A DNA stretch of 63,708 nt, counting the filler. It is 4 parts of 4 records of this genome, joined end to end, with 100 filler letters (N's around TTAATTAATTAA, not from the genome) between each part and the next. Parts side by side here need not be neighbours in the genome. Positions count along the whole stretch, not along the records: positions 1 to 28,234 come from SRR22947727_46; 3 more parts are not named here. The stretch is one strand, 5' to 3'. The notes under the pieces are model-generated. The model ran no database searches, was not told where the DNA came from, and was given only the letters and a program-made list of their open reading frames with translations. Positions 11,340-20,571 of the stretch are shown one piece after another. Each line of letters starts with the position of its first letter. Position 1 is the first letter of the stretch. Made by a program: the position numbers and the translations under genes.

Positions 11340-12839
11340 TTAAAAAGCTCTTATAGCTACTTTTATAATTTGACCTGGCATTAATTGGTTAGATTTAATC
11401 TCATTTAGCTCTTTAATACTGTCAACGGTAACGTCGAACAATTCAGATATTTTATAAAAATTATCACCTTGCTTAACTGAATATAAGATTGTTCTTTTCT
11501 TAGAATCAATATTGCGATGAATATTTTTATTACCAATTGTTAATTGTTGGCCGAGCCTAAGAAAAGAGTTTTGATCAAGTTCATTGATTTTTATTAGCTC
11601 AGTTAATTCAATGTTATATTTTTTTGAAATATCCCAAAGGGTGTCTCCCTCAGAAACTATATGCATTTCATAGGGAATAAAATTATTAGAGTTTGAGCTG
11701 CTTAAAGGAATTAAAAGAGTATCATCAATGGATAAAAGATCTTTTTCTAAGTAATTTATCTTTTTTATTATTCTAACTTCTGTATCGTATTTTCTAGCCA
11801 AATTCCAAAGATTATCGCCATATACAACCTTGTGTGATATCCAGTTTATTTGATTCACATTTTCAAATGGGCTTTCTGGTATATTTAAAAGATAAGTTTT
11901 TTCAATTGGAACATAAAAAATACTTTTATCTCTTGGTGCTGATGCCCATTTAGTATACCCAGCATTTAGTTGATAGATAAGTTCAGGTTTAATTTCCAAA
12001 TACTCGCTGAGAGATAAAATTTCAACCTGGCCAGGTATTTCTATTTTTTTTACAACAGACTCAACAGGAATATTTGGAAGTGATACTCCATATCTATCTG
12101 AATTAAATATTATTTCTCTAATTGCAATATATTTTGGGATATAGTTTGAAACTTGTTCATTCAAACTCAATGACCAAAAGTCTGTTTTTAAACCCTTTCT
12201 TTTATTTTTATTAATTTGCCTATCAAGATAGGTTGGACCAGCATTATATGCAGCTAAAGCAAGATATATGTCATTATCAAATCTCTCAAACAGGTATTTA
12301 AAATATCCTATTGCAGCATGTGTTGATCTAAATGGATCATGACGATCTTCATTCCACCATGATTTTTCTAAATTATAAAGTCTTCCTGTTTTTGGCATAA
12401 ATTGCCATAAGCCCACAGCTCCTGAAGGTGAGATTGAGAAAGGATCGTAATCGCTTTCTATAAACGGAATTAAAGCCAGCTCTACAGGTAGGTTTGCTGC
12501 CTCAAGCTCTTGAATAACATAATATATAAAATAATAGGACTTATTAAAATAATCATTAAGAGTATTTTTGTTATTAAGATAATTTGAAATAAAAAATAAA
12601 GTTTTTTCATCCAAAGCAATATTTTGATCATAATCATTATTAATAATCATGTATTCCCATACATTTTTAGCAACTGGCTCTACTTCCTCAATCACAAGAA
12701 AATTTTCAGCAACGCATATATCAGTTAAAGAACCATACCCGCATTGAATATCAACATTACTTATTGGAGCTTGATTATATTGGCAGCTAGAAAGAGCAAA
12801 TAAAAAAAGTAAAGAAAATATTAGAAGTTGTCTTTCCAT
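11340..12839 (-). CDS. mltD: Membrane-bound lytic murein transglycosylase D with LysM domains
   Basis: Lipobox-like LSSC, SLT motifs IES / GLWQFMP / AAYNAG, three LysM repeats (GDNLW, GDTLW, GDNFY); adjacent to gloB. Confidence 0.88.
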   Translation of the reverse strand: MERQLLIFSLLFLFALSSCQYNQAPISNVDIQCGYGSLTDICVAENFLVIEEVEPVAKNVWEYMIINNDYDQNIALDEKTLFFISNYLNNKNTLNDYFNKSYYFIYYVIQELEAANLPVELALIPFIESDYDPFSISPSGAVGLWQFMPKTGRLYNLEKSWWNEDRHDPFRSTHAAIGYFKYLFERFDNDIYLALAAYNAGPTYLDRQINKNKRKGLKTDFWSLSLNEQVSNYIPKYIAIREIIFNSDRYGVSLPNIPVESVVKKIEIPGQVEILSLSEYLEIKPELIYQLNAGYTKWASAPRDKSIFYVPIEKTYLLNIPESPFENVNQINWISHKVVYGDNLWNLARKYDTEVRIIKKINYLEKDLLSIDDTLLIPLSSSNSNNFIPYEMHIVSEGDTLWDISKKYNIELTELIKINELDQNSFLRLGQQLTIGNKNIHRNIDSKKRTILYSVKQGDNFYKISELFDVTVDSIKELNEIKSNQLMPGQIIKVAIRAF

Positions 12840-13585
12840 AATCTTAGTGCTTTAAAAATTTCCTTAGTTTCTTTTAGTGTATTAAATTTGGTAGAAATAT
12901 TTTCTTGAACTTCTTTACTATCACATCTTAAAAAAGGATTTGTTTTAAGTTCTGTAGATAATAATGAAGGCAGTGAGGGAATTCCTTTTTCTCTTAATTT
13001 TATAACTTCATTATATCTTGAAAGTATATTTTGGTTAAATGGTTCAGCTTCTTTTGCAAATTCTAGATTAGATAGGGTATATTCATGACCACAGTAAATC
13101 TTGGTATTATTTGGAAGATTTTTTAACTTAAGTAATGATTCATGCATTTGTTCAAATGTACCTTCAAAGACTTTTCCACATCCTGCGGCAAATAATGCAT
13201 CTCCACAAAAAAGAATTGGATTTCCATTATTTTTAGAATAATAAGCTATATGATCAAGGGTGTGTCCAGGTATTTCAATTATTTGAAACTCGATACCAAT
13301 AATATTTATATTATCTCCATCCCTGAGTCTTTTGCTAATAGTCTCAATATTATTATTTGGACCAAAAACATCAACAGGATAATAAGAGGTTATTTCATCA
13401 ACCCCGCCAGTATGATCAAGGTGGTGGTGGGTAATAAATATAGCCTTTAAATCTAGTTGATTTTTATCTATATGATTAATAACATTTGAGCTTTCTCCAG
13501 GATCAATTACTATTGACCCTTCATTAGTTGTCACTAACCAAATATAATTATCTGTAAATGCTTCAATTGACTCAATGTTAAACAT
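12821..13585 (-). CDS. gloB: Hydroxyacylglutathione hydrolase (glyoxalase II)
   Basis: DNYIW, THHHLDH metallo-beta-lactamase motif, GHEYT, TNPFLR. Confidence 0.93.
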   Translation of the reverse strand: MFNIESIEAFTDNYIWLVTTNEGSIVIDPGESSNVINHIDKNQLDLKAIFITHHHLDHTGGVDEITSYYPVDVFGPNNNIETISKRLRDGDNINIIGIEFQIIEIPGHTLDHIAYYSKNNGNPILFCGDALFAAGCGKVFEGTFEQMHESLLKLKNLPNNTKIYCGHEYTLSNLEFAKEAEPFNQNILSRYNEVIKLREKGIPSLPSLLSTELKTNPFLRCDSKEVQENISTKFNTLKETKEIFKALRLWKDNF

Positions 13586-13607
13586 AAGGGAATTCTAAGT
13601 TAAATTT

Positions 13608-14039
13608 ATGAAAACAGTAAATATTTATACCGATGGTGCCTGCAGAGGCAATCCTGGTCCAGGAGGCTGGGGTGTTCTTATTGAGCATGGAGAGATTAAA
13701 AAAGAACTTTATGGTGGAATGAAGGAAACTACCAATAACCAAATGGAATTACAAGCAGCCATAGAAGGACTAAAGGCTCTTTCAGAACCTTGCATAGTGA
13801 ACTTAACGACTGATTCAAAATACGTCATGCAAGGCATTACCTTATGGATTAGTAATTGGAAAAAAAATAATTGGAAGAACGCGACAAAAAAAAATGTCAA
13901 AAATAAAGAGTTATGGGTTGAATTAGATAAATATCAAGATAAACATGATGTAAGATGGCATTGGGTAAAAGGACACTCAGGACATACTAAAAATGAAATA
14001 GCGGACCAGCTAGCTAACAAAGGTATAGAAACTCTTTAA
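13608..14039 (+). CDS. rnhA: Ribonuclease HI
   Basis: [36 protein letters not shown]. Confidence 0.97.
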   Translation: MKTVNIYTDGACRGNPGPGGWGVLIEHGEIKKELYGGMKETTNNQMELQAAIEGLKALSEPCIVNLTTDSKYVMQGITLWISNWKKNNWKNATKKNVKNKELWVELDKYQDKHDVRWHWVKGHSGHTKNEIADQLANKGIETL

Positions 14040-14041
14040 TT

Positions 14042-14761
14042 ATGGCAAAAAAATATATTATTTTAGATACTGAAACAACTGGACTAGAAGTTTTGCAGGG
14101 TCATAGAATTATAGAAATAGGTGCTGTCTTAATAAATGACAGAAAAAAGTCTAAAGAACATTTTCATACCTACCTAAACCCCTCACGATTGATAGATGAA
14201 GAGGCATCAAAAGTGCATGGCATTATGAATGAAGATCTTCTTAATAAGCCTTCATTTGATGAGATTGCTGAAGAGTTTTTAGAGTTTGTAGATGGATCAA
14301 CATTGGTTATTCACAATGCCGCTTTTGATGTAGGCTTTTTAAATAATGAACTTAAATTAGCCTCTTCTAAATATCCTATGCTTCAGGATATATGTGAAAT
14401 AGAAGATTCTTTAGCAATTGCAAAAGATAAGTTTCCCGGACAAAGAAATTCTTTGGATGCACTTGCTAATCGTTTTGAAATTTCAAACTATGACAGAACT
14501 TTTCATGGAGCACTCCTCGATGCTAATATTCTTGCCGACGTCTATATGATGTTAACAGGTGGACAAAGCAAGTTTGAGTTTAGCTCTAATAGTATGAATT
14601 TAAATAACCAAAATAATGATTCTGGAAATAAAATATCTAAAGATGGTCTTAATTTAAAATTAATCAAAGCCGATAAACAAGATTTAAAAGAGCATGAACT
14701 AAGACTTCTTGATATTGAAGAAAGGAACTCTGTTAGAACATTGTGGAGAGAAATACATTGA
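14042..14761 (+). CDS. dnaQ: DNA polymerase III epsilon subunit
   Basis: LDTETTG, HNAAFD, HGALLDA DEDDh motifs, MLTGGQ clamp-binding region. Confidence 0.95.
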   Translation: MAKKYIILDTETTGLEVLQGHRIIEIGAVLINDRKKSKEHFHTYLNPSRLIDEEASKVHGIMNEDLLNKPSFDEIAEEFLEFVDGSTLVIHNAAFDVGFLNNELKLASSKYPMLQDICEIEDSLAIAKDKFPGQRNSLDALANRFEISNYDRTFHGALLDANILADVYMMLTGGQSKFEFSSNSMNLNNQNNDSGNKISKDGLNLKLIKADKQDLKEHELRLLDIEERNSVRTLWREIH

Positions 14762-16158
14762 AAAAAGTTGTAACAAGATTTGCACCAAGTCCAACAGGAA
14801 CTCTTCATATTGGAGGCTTAAGAACTGCATTATTTAATTATGTATATGCAAAGAAATATAAAGGTTTATTTTTAATTCGTATTGAGGATACTGATAAAGC
14901 AAGATCTACTAAAGAATTTGAAAAAAATATTTTAGAAAGTCTTAAATCAATTGGCCTTTCTCCTGATAAAGATCCAATTAATCAATCTTTAAGAGGGGAT
15001 ATATACAAAGCAGCCGCACAAAAAATTATTGATTCAGGTCAAGCATACTATTGTGATTGTTCAATTGAAAGATTAGATAAGATGCGGGCAGAACAACAAT
15101 CATTAGGTCAAAAACCTCAATATGATGGCAAATGTAGAAATTTAAATCTTAAAAAATCCGATAATACTGTCTTAAGACTAAAAACTCCTCTTGATGGCGA
15201 GGTTGTTGTAAAAGATTATGTTAGAGGAGATATAGTATTTAATAATTCTGAACTGGATGACTTAATAATTTTAAGGAGTGACGGTACTCCCACTTATCAC
15301 TTATGTAATGTTGTAGATGACTTCGAGCAAGGGGTAACAACAGTCATCAGGGGAGAGGATCATATTAGTAACACGCCAAGACAAATTCATATTCAAAATG
15401 CGCTTGAATACCCTAACCTTGAGTATGCTCACTTGCCCTTGGTTCTTGGTCCAGACAAAAAGCGGCTTTCCAAAAGGCATGCTGCAACAAGCCTAGAAGA
15501 GTATAAGTTAGAGGGTTATTTAGACTCAGCTATTTTAAATACTTTGGCAAGATTAGGCTGGTCTCGGGGAGACAAAGAAGTATTTTACATGGAAGATCTC
15601 ATAAGAGATTTTAAAATAACTGAAATTCAAAAAGCTGGAGCTATTTTTGATATTACTAAATTAGATTATTTAAATACTCAGCATTTGGCAAATCTAAATT
15701 TAAATCAACTAATTAAATTTTTAACGCCATTTTTAGAAGAATTAAATATAGATCTTGAGTCTCATGCAAAAAAAGAATTTTTGATAATGTCTATGCGCTC
15801 TTCTGCATCTACATTGAAAGCTATTGCTCAAAATTTAGAATGTTATTTCAAAGATATAAATGAATATGATCAAAAGGCAATAAATAAGTTTCTTGGGGGC
15901 TCATCCAAAATTCTTTCAGATCTTAAGACAAGACTATCTAAAGTCGATGATTGGAATGAAACCACTATAGATAAAATTCTACAAGATTATAGAGAAGAAG
16001 AGGGACTCAAAGTGCCCATGGTCAATCAACCTTTGAGAATTGCCATGACAGGCTCTACCAATTCACCCTCTTTGGGTTTAACACTTTCTTTATTTCATAA
16101 AGATGAAGCTATTAAGAGAATTGATAAGCTTATAAGACTTGTTGAGATAGATAATTAA
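14758..16158 (+). CDS. gltX: Glutamate--tRNA ligase
   Basis: TRFAPSPTG, HIGG, RIEDTD, RGEDH, RLSKR. Probable TTG start at 14758 with GGAGAG RBS. Confidence 0.96.
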   Translation: MKKVVTRFAPSPTGTLHIGGLRTALFNYVYAKKYKGLFLIRIEDTDKARSTKEFEKNILESLKSIGLSPDKDPINQSLRGDIYKAAAQKIIDSGQAYYCDCSIERLDKMRAEQQSLGQKPQYDGKCRNLNLKKSDNTVLRLKTPLDGEVVVKDYVRGDIVFNNSELDDLIILRSDGTPTYHLCNVVDDFEQGVTTVIRGEDHISNTPRQIHIQNALEYPNLEYAHLPLVLGPDKKRLSKRHAATSLEEYKLEGYLDSAILNTLARLGWSRGDKEVFYMEDLIRDFKITEIQKAGAIFDITKLDYLNTQHLANLNLNQLIKFLTPFLEELNIDLESHAKKEFLIMSMRSSASTLKAIAQNLECYFKDINEYDQKAINKFLGGSSKILSDLKTRLSKVDDWNETTIDKILQDYREEEGLKVPMVNQPLRIAMTGSTNSPSLGLTLSLFHKDEAIKRIDKLIRLVEIDN

Positions 16159-17008
16159 AGAAATCGTTGCATTCATTACTAACAATATCTTTTTTAATTG
16201 CATATATTGTGTATAAAAAGTTTTCACCAAGAATATTTGAAATAGTTACTCGTTCTTGATTTGCTTTCTTGCAGGTATTTTCATCTAAGATCGAGATTCC
16301 TAACTTGCTATCAACTAGGGACAAGGCTGAGTTGTAAGAATCTGTTTTTATAATGGTATTGATCATAATATTCTCATTTTTAATATACTCACTAATGCTT
16401 GATTTTTCATAAAATGAAAGCAGGTTTGTTACTTCGATAAAAGGCAGATGAGATATATCTTTTAAATCTATGTCATTACTTAAATGATAAGATTTTGGTG
16501 ATACTAATTTATGCATACCTCTTTTGAGAATAGTAGATGTTGTGTTAGATTGTGGTTTTGAGTTATAGCATATTGTTATGTCTATTTCTGGTTTATATCT
16601 ATCTTCAATCAAATCAATACTGTTTAAGTTAATGAGATTAAATTTAACTTCAGAATTTATTTTATTATATTTTTTTATTATCTGAGGGATAATGCTATCT
16701 GCAAGAGATGGAGTTGTCCCAATATTAATGTAGTCTATAGATCTTGTTTTATAAGTATTAGCTATAGCATTAAAACTCTTTAACTGACTATGAACAATAG
16801 AGGCATGTTCATATAAATCATCTGCCTCGATACTTGGAATTAACTTCTTTCCTTCTCTCAGAAATAACTTGAAATTTAAATTTTTTTCAATAACTCTTAA
16901 TGTTTTACTTACAGAAGGTTGAGAAATCTGCAATCTTTTTGCAGCAGCTGTCATTGAGGAAGTTCTATAAACCTCATAAAAAATTTCTATTTGTTTTGCT
17001 GATAACAT
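16130..17008 (-). CDS. LysR-family transcriptional regulator
   Basis: N-terminal HTH (SMTAAAKRLQISQPSVS...LFLR), 292 aa, divergent from the TonB-dependent receptor. Confidence 0.9.
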   Translation of the reverse strand: MLSAKQIEIFYEVYRTSSMTAAAKRLQISQPSVSKTLRVIEKNLNFKLFLREGKKLIPSIEADDLYEHASIVHSQLKSFNAIANTYKTRSIDYINIGTTPSLADSIIPQIIKKYNKINSEVKFNLINLNSIDLIEDRYKPEIDITICYNSKPQSNTTSTILKRGMHKLVSPKSYHLSNDIDLKDISHLPFIEVTNLLSFYEKSSISEYIKNENIMINTIIKTDSYNSALSLVDSKLGISILDENTCKKANQERVTISNILGENFLYTIYAIKKDIVSNECNDFFNYLSQQVL

Positions 17009-17010
17009 CT

Positions 17011-17025
17011 ATAACCTTTGGTTAT
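17011..17025. promoter_or_regulatory. Putative LysR recognition site
   Basis: Perfect dyad ATAACC-TTT-GGTTAT containing T-N11-A (17012/17024), 2 nt upstream of the lysR start codon, in the divergent intergenic region. Confidence 0.65.
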
Positions 17026-17056
17026 TATTATACTAATATAATAATAAAATTTATGC

Positions 17057-17086
17057 TAGACAAGAAAATGCATAGAGCTATATACT
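17057..17086 (+). promoter_or_regulatory. Putative sigma70 promoter of the TonB-dependent receptor
   Basis: TAGACA (17057-17062), 18-nt spacer, TATACT (17081-17086). Confidence 0.4.
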
Positions 17087-17122
17087 TTGTAAGATTTATT
17101 TAATATATATGGGGAAAATTTC

Positions 17123-20100
17123 ATGTTAAAAAAATTTTTATTTCTATTTCCATTGGTTATAAGTGTTTATTCTTATGCCCAAGAAGTTGAACAAGATGAG
17201 GCTGATGTTGAAGAGGTTGTAACAGTTGGTTCGCAAATTAAAGGTGCTACTATTACTGGACTACTTCCAGTTACTGTAATCACAAGCGAAGAGATAGATC
17301 AAATGGGCATTGAATCAGGCTCTGATTTAATTGAATCAATTATTTCACAGGGTGAAAATACATTAAATGAGGATCAAGATAGCACTGTTTTTAGTGCACG
17401 TGGTGATAACTCTGGCTTTAACTTAAGAAATTTTGGAGTAGGCAATACTTTAACATTGCTTAATGGAAGAAGAATGGTGAATACAGCTGGCTATAATACT
17501 GATTTTGTTGGCGGGTCTGTTGTTCCTGTTAAATCTGTAAATGCAAATGAGATACCTGTTGGAAGTGTCGCAAGAGTTGAGGTTCTAAGAGATGGAGCTT
17601 CTGCTATTTATGGTGCAGACGCAGTAGCTGGTGTGGTTAATACAGTTCTAAGAGATGATTATGATGGATTAACTGTAAGGACTAAATTTACAGCTTTTGA
17701 TCATTTTGCTGAAGAAAACTCTCAATTAAATATCACTTTTGGGAAGGATTTAGCTGATGGCGTCACTAATATTAATGCAAGCTATACATATTATGACGGA
17801 GGAGCTAAATTTGCTCGTGAAGACCCAAGATGGTTGGCTGGTAATGCAATGCTCAATGAATATATTGACTTTTGGAATCTTATACCAGGAGGAGCAGACT
17901 ATTCAGATGATGGTGCATCTAATCCTTATACAAATGCTTCATCGCAAACTCCGTGGGGCAGGTGGATACCATTAGATGGACATGAAACGGCTTGGACGAT
18001 ATACCCTATTGATATAACTGCTTATCCACTCGGTATGTTAGGAACAGATGGTGAACCTTTAATGTATGACAGGAGAAGTAAATGTCAAGAAGTCTCAGCT
18101 ATAGGAATTGGCCCTGATGGAGCTGGAGTTTCTCCTTTAAACTTATGTATTGAAGATTTAACAAGTAGTAATAGAATAAATTGGAATCATGATAGACAAG
18201 CATATTCCTCAAAAGATAGACATAATTTATTTATATATATTAATAGTGAGTTTATGGGATATGAAACTTTTTCAGAAATTGGATATTACACTGCTAAAAA
18301 TACTCGGCAATTATATGGTTCATCAACTCTGGGTACTCTTGCTGTAAGTAAAACTCAGTCTCTTATTATTCCAGAAACCAATCCGTATTTAAGAAAGATA
18401 TTTGATTATTATATGGCTTGCCAAGATGATAGCATCTCTTCAAATTTAAATTATACAACTACACCTGATAACTGTACTTTAGACGGTTCAGGCCCTGATA
18501 ATGGCTCAACATCCTCCGGCGCAGACTTTTTTAATGATAGTTATAGTACTTATGGTCCAATGGCCGCTGGTTATTTTAGATTCCCCAATCTGAGAACAAA
18601 CACTACTGAGCTTGAAACAATAAGACTGCTTCAAGGTATAAGAGGAAGTTTTAATAATTGGGATTGGGAAAGTGCTATTTTATACTCAAAAGCAACTTCA
18701 GATGATTCTACAGATGGAAGAGTTGCAATGGATTTATTAGATTATGGTTTATCAAAAACAGACGAAACTGCAATCAATCTTTTTGCTGGTGGAATGGAGG
18801 GTATGAACCTTGAGCAAGCTTTAATAACTGTAAAGAGATCTCAAGAGACTGCTCTTAGCATGATTGATTTTAAAATGACTAATGCAAATATTGGTGATAT
18901 AGGCGCTGGTCCAATTGCAATGCTGGTTGGTGCAGAGATAAGAAATGAATCCTTTGATGATGACCTTGATGATAGACTTGATGGAACAATTCAATGGTAT
19001 GATCAAACTGTTTGTACTGCTGGAGAAGGTCGTGCATATGATGCAGCTACAAATTCAATTACTTATACAGTTGCACCTGTTTGTAGTTCTGATATAACAC
19101 CAACATATGTAGAAAGAGGTAAAGGTAATAGTGATCAAACTTTCGGATCAGAGGAGGGAACTTTTCCATTTGCTTCTGCCGTAGCAATGTCAAGTCCACA
19201 ACCAGACTCTAGTGGTGACAGAACTACATCTTCTTTGTTTGTTGAATTACAAATACCAGTTTTAGAAAATTTAGATGCACAAGTTGCCATAAGACATGAA
19301 TCATTCTCAGATGTAAATTCTGCAACTGTTGGAAAAATTGCATTGGGTTATTATGTAAATCCAACTCTATCTTTTAGGGGTTCTGCGTCAACCACATATA
19401 GAGCTCCAAATTTAATTACTGTTAATTCTCCATACATTCCTAGAAATAGTAGTTATACAGATGCTCTTGGTTCATATCTTGGAAACGGGTTTGATGTAGG
19501 TGCAATTAATCCAGATACTGGAACATTATATCCCGAGGATGAAGAGCAAGTATATTGGGATATAACTGCTTATAAATTAGCGGCATCAGTCGGCAATCCA
19601 GACCTAGAGTCTGAAGAGGCTGTAAACAAATCATTTGGTTTTATATATACACCATCTGATAATTTAATTATTACTGTCGATAAATGGTCTATAGCTAAAG
19701 AGAAAACTATAGGTATTTTTGGTGCTGAAAATAATTCTGCATATGATTTACTATTAAGACTTGATGGCTCATGTGAGGGTAATTCTGCTGTTATTAGAGG
19801 TAATTCTCCAAGCCAGGCTGAGTGGGATCAATATTTTCCTGATACTAATTTGTGTCCAGCAGGACAAATACTTAGGATTGAAGATCCATTTATGAATCTT
19901 GATGATAGATATATATCAGGTACAGATTTATCTCTATTTTTTGATAAAGAAACAAGTTGGGGTGATTTTGGTTTTAGATATCAATCATCAATATTAGATA
20001 AATTTACTCAAACATCTTCTGGTCCAGCAGCTGAAATTGTTGCAGCTGATGAAGCTGGATTATTTGCAAATACGTCTGTCGATGTTACTGGATTTGAATC

Positions 20101-20506
20101 GCTTTTAGGTGTAAATGCTGTTCATAAGAAAAAAGGTTTTTATTCTTTTAGCTTTAAAAGAGGTGACTATACAACGACTATTAGAACAAATTTTAAAAGT
20201 GGATTTGAATATCCAAGTTCAAGTAAATCTGCTGGCACATCAGGTACATATTGGGAGGAGTGTTATCAATGTGATTCACCTGTAACCTTAACAGATTCTG
20301 TATATTGGCTTCGTGCTATGTCTACAACTGATTTATCAGTAGCCTATAAAACTAAGCTTAAAGGTAATAGATTAAATGCTAGATTTACTGTAAAAAATAT
20401 ATTTGATGAAAGAGCCCCAACTGTTGATAAAACCTATGGTTATTGGATGGGAGCACACAATGACTTTGGTACATACTATAATTTAGATCTTAAATTCATA
20501 TTTTAA
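17123..20506 (+). CDS. TonB-dependent receptor (large, Cys-rich loops)
   Basis: Signal peptide, TonB box EEVVTVGS, plug motifs TLTLLNGRR and RVEVLRDGASAIYGADAVAGVVN, GNPDLESE, KNIFD, C-terminal Phe. Confidence 0.93.
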   Translation: MLKKFLFLFPLVISVYSYAQEVEQDEADVEEVVTVGSQIKGATITGLLPVTVITSEEIDQMGIESGSDLIESIISQGENTLNEDQDSTVFSARGDNSGFNLRNFGVGNTLTLLNGRRMVNTAGYNTDFVGGSVVPVKSVNANEIPVGSVARVEVLRDGASAIYGADAVAGVVNTVLRDDYDGLTVRTKFTAFDHFAEENSQLNITFGKDLADGVTNINASYTYYDGGAKFAREDPRWLAGNAMLNEYIDFWNLIPGGADYSDDGASNPYTNASSQTPWGRWIPLDGHETAWTIYPIDITAYPLGMLGTDGEPLMYDRRSKCQEVSAIGIGPDGAGVSPLNLCIEDLTSSNRINWNHDRQAYSSKDRHNLFIYINSEFMGYETFSEIGYYTAKNTRQLYGSSTLGTLAVSKTQSLIIPETNPYLRKIFDYYMACQDDSISSNLNYTTTPDNCTLDGSGPDNGSTSSGADFFNDSYSTYGPMAAGYFRFPNLRTNTTELETIRLLQGIRGSFNNWDWESAILYSKATSDDSTDGRVAMDLLDYGLSKTDETAINLFAGGMEGMNLEQALITVKRSQETALSMIDFKMTNANIGDIGAGPIAMLVGAEIRNESFDDDLDDRLDGTIQWYDQTVCTAGEGRAYDAATNSITYTVAPVCSSDITPTYVERGKGNSDQTFGSEEGTFPFASAVAMSSPQPDSSGDRTTSSLFVELQIPVLENLDAQVAIRHESFSDVNSATVGKIALGYYVNPTLSFRGSASTTYRAPNLITVNSPYIPRNSSYTDALGSYLGNGFDVGAINPDTGTLYPEDEEQVYWDITAYKLAASVGNPDLESEEAVNKSFGFIYTPSDNLIITVDKWSIAKEKTIGIFGAENNSAYDLLLRLDGSCEGNSAVIRGNSPSQAEWDQYFPDTNLCPAGQILRIEDPFMNLDDRYISGTDLSLFFDKETSWGDFGFRYQSSILDKFTQTSSGPAAEIVAADEAGLFANTSVDVTGFESLLGVNAVHKKKGFYSFSFKRGDYTTTIRTNFKSGFEYPSSSKSAGTSGTYWEECYQCDSPVTLTDSVYWLRAMSTTDLSVAYKTKLKGNRLNARFTVKNIFDERAPTVDKTYGYWMGAHNDFGTYYNLDLKFIF

Positions 20507-20523
20507 GTTTGGTTAATTAATTT

Positions 20524-20554
20524 AAAAAGGGAGTTTTTTGGCTCCCTTTTTTTT
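20524..20554. terminator. Rho-independent terminator after the TonB receptor
   Basis: AAAAAGGGAG-TTTTTTGG-CTCCCTTTTTTTT hairpin. Confidence 0.8.
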
Positions 20555-20571
20555 AAAGGCGGTAAATAAAA

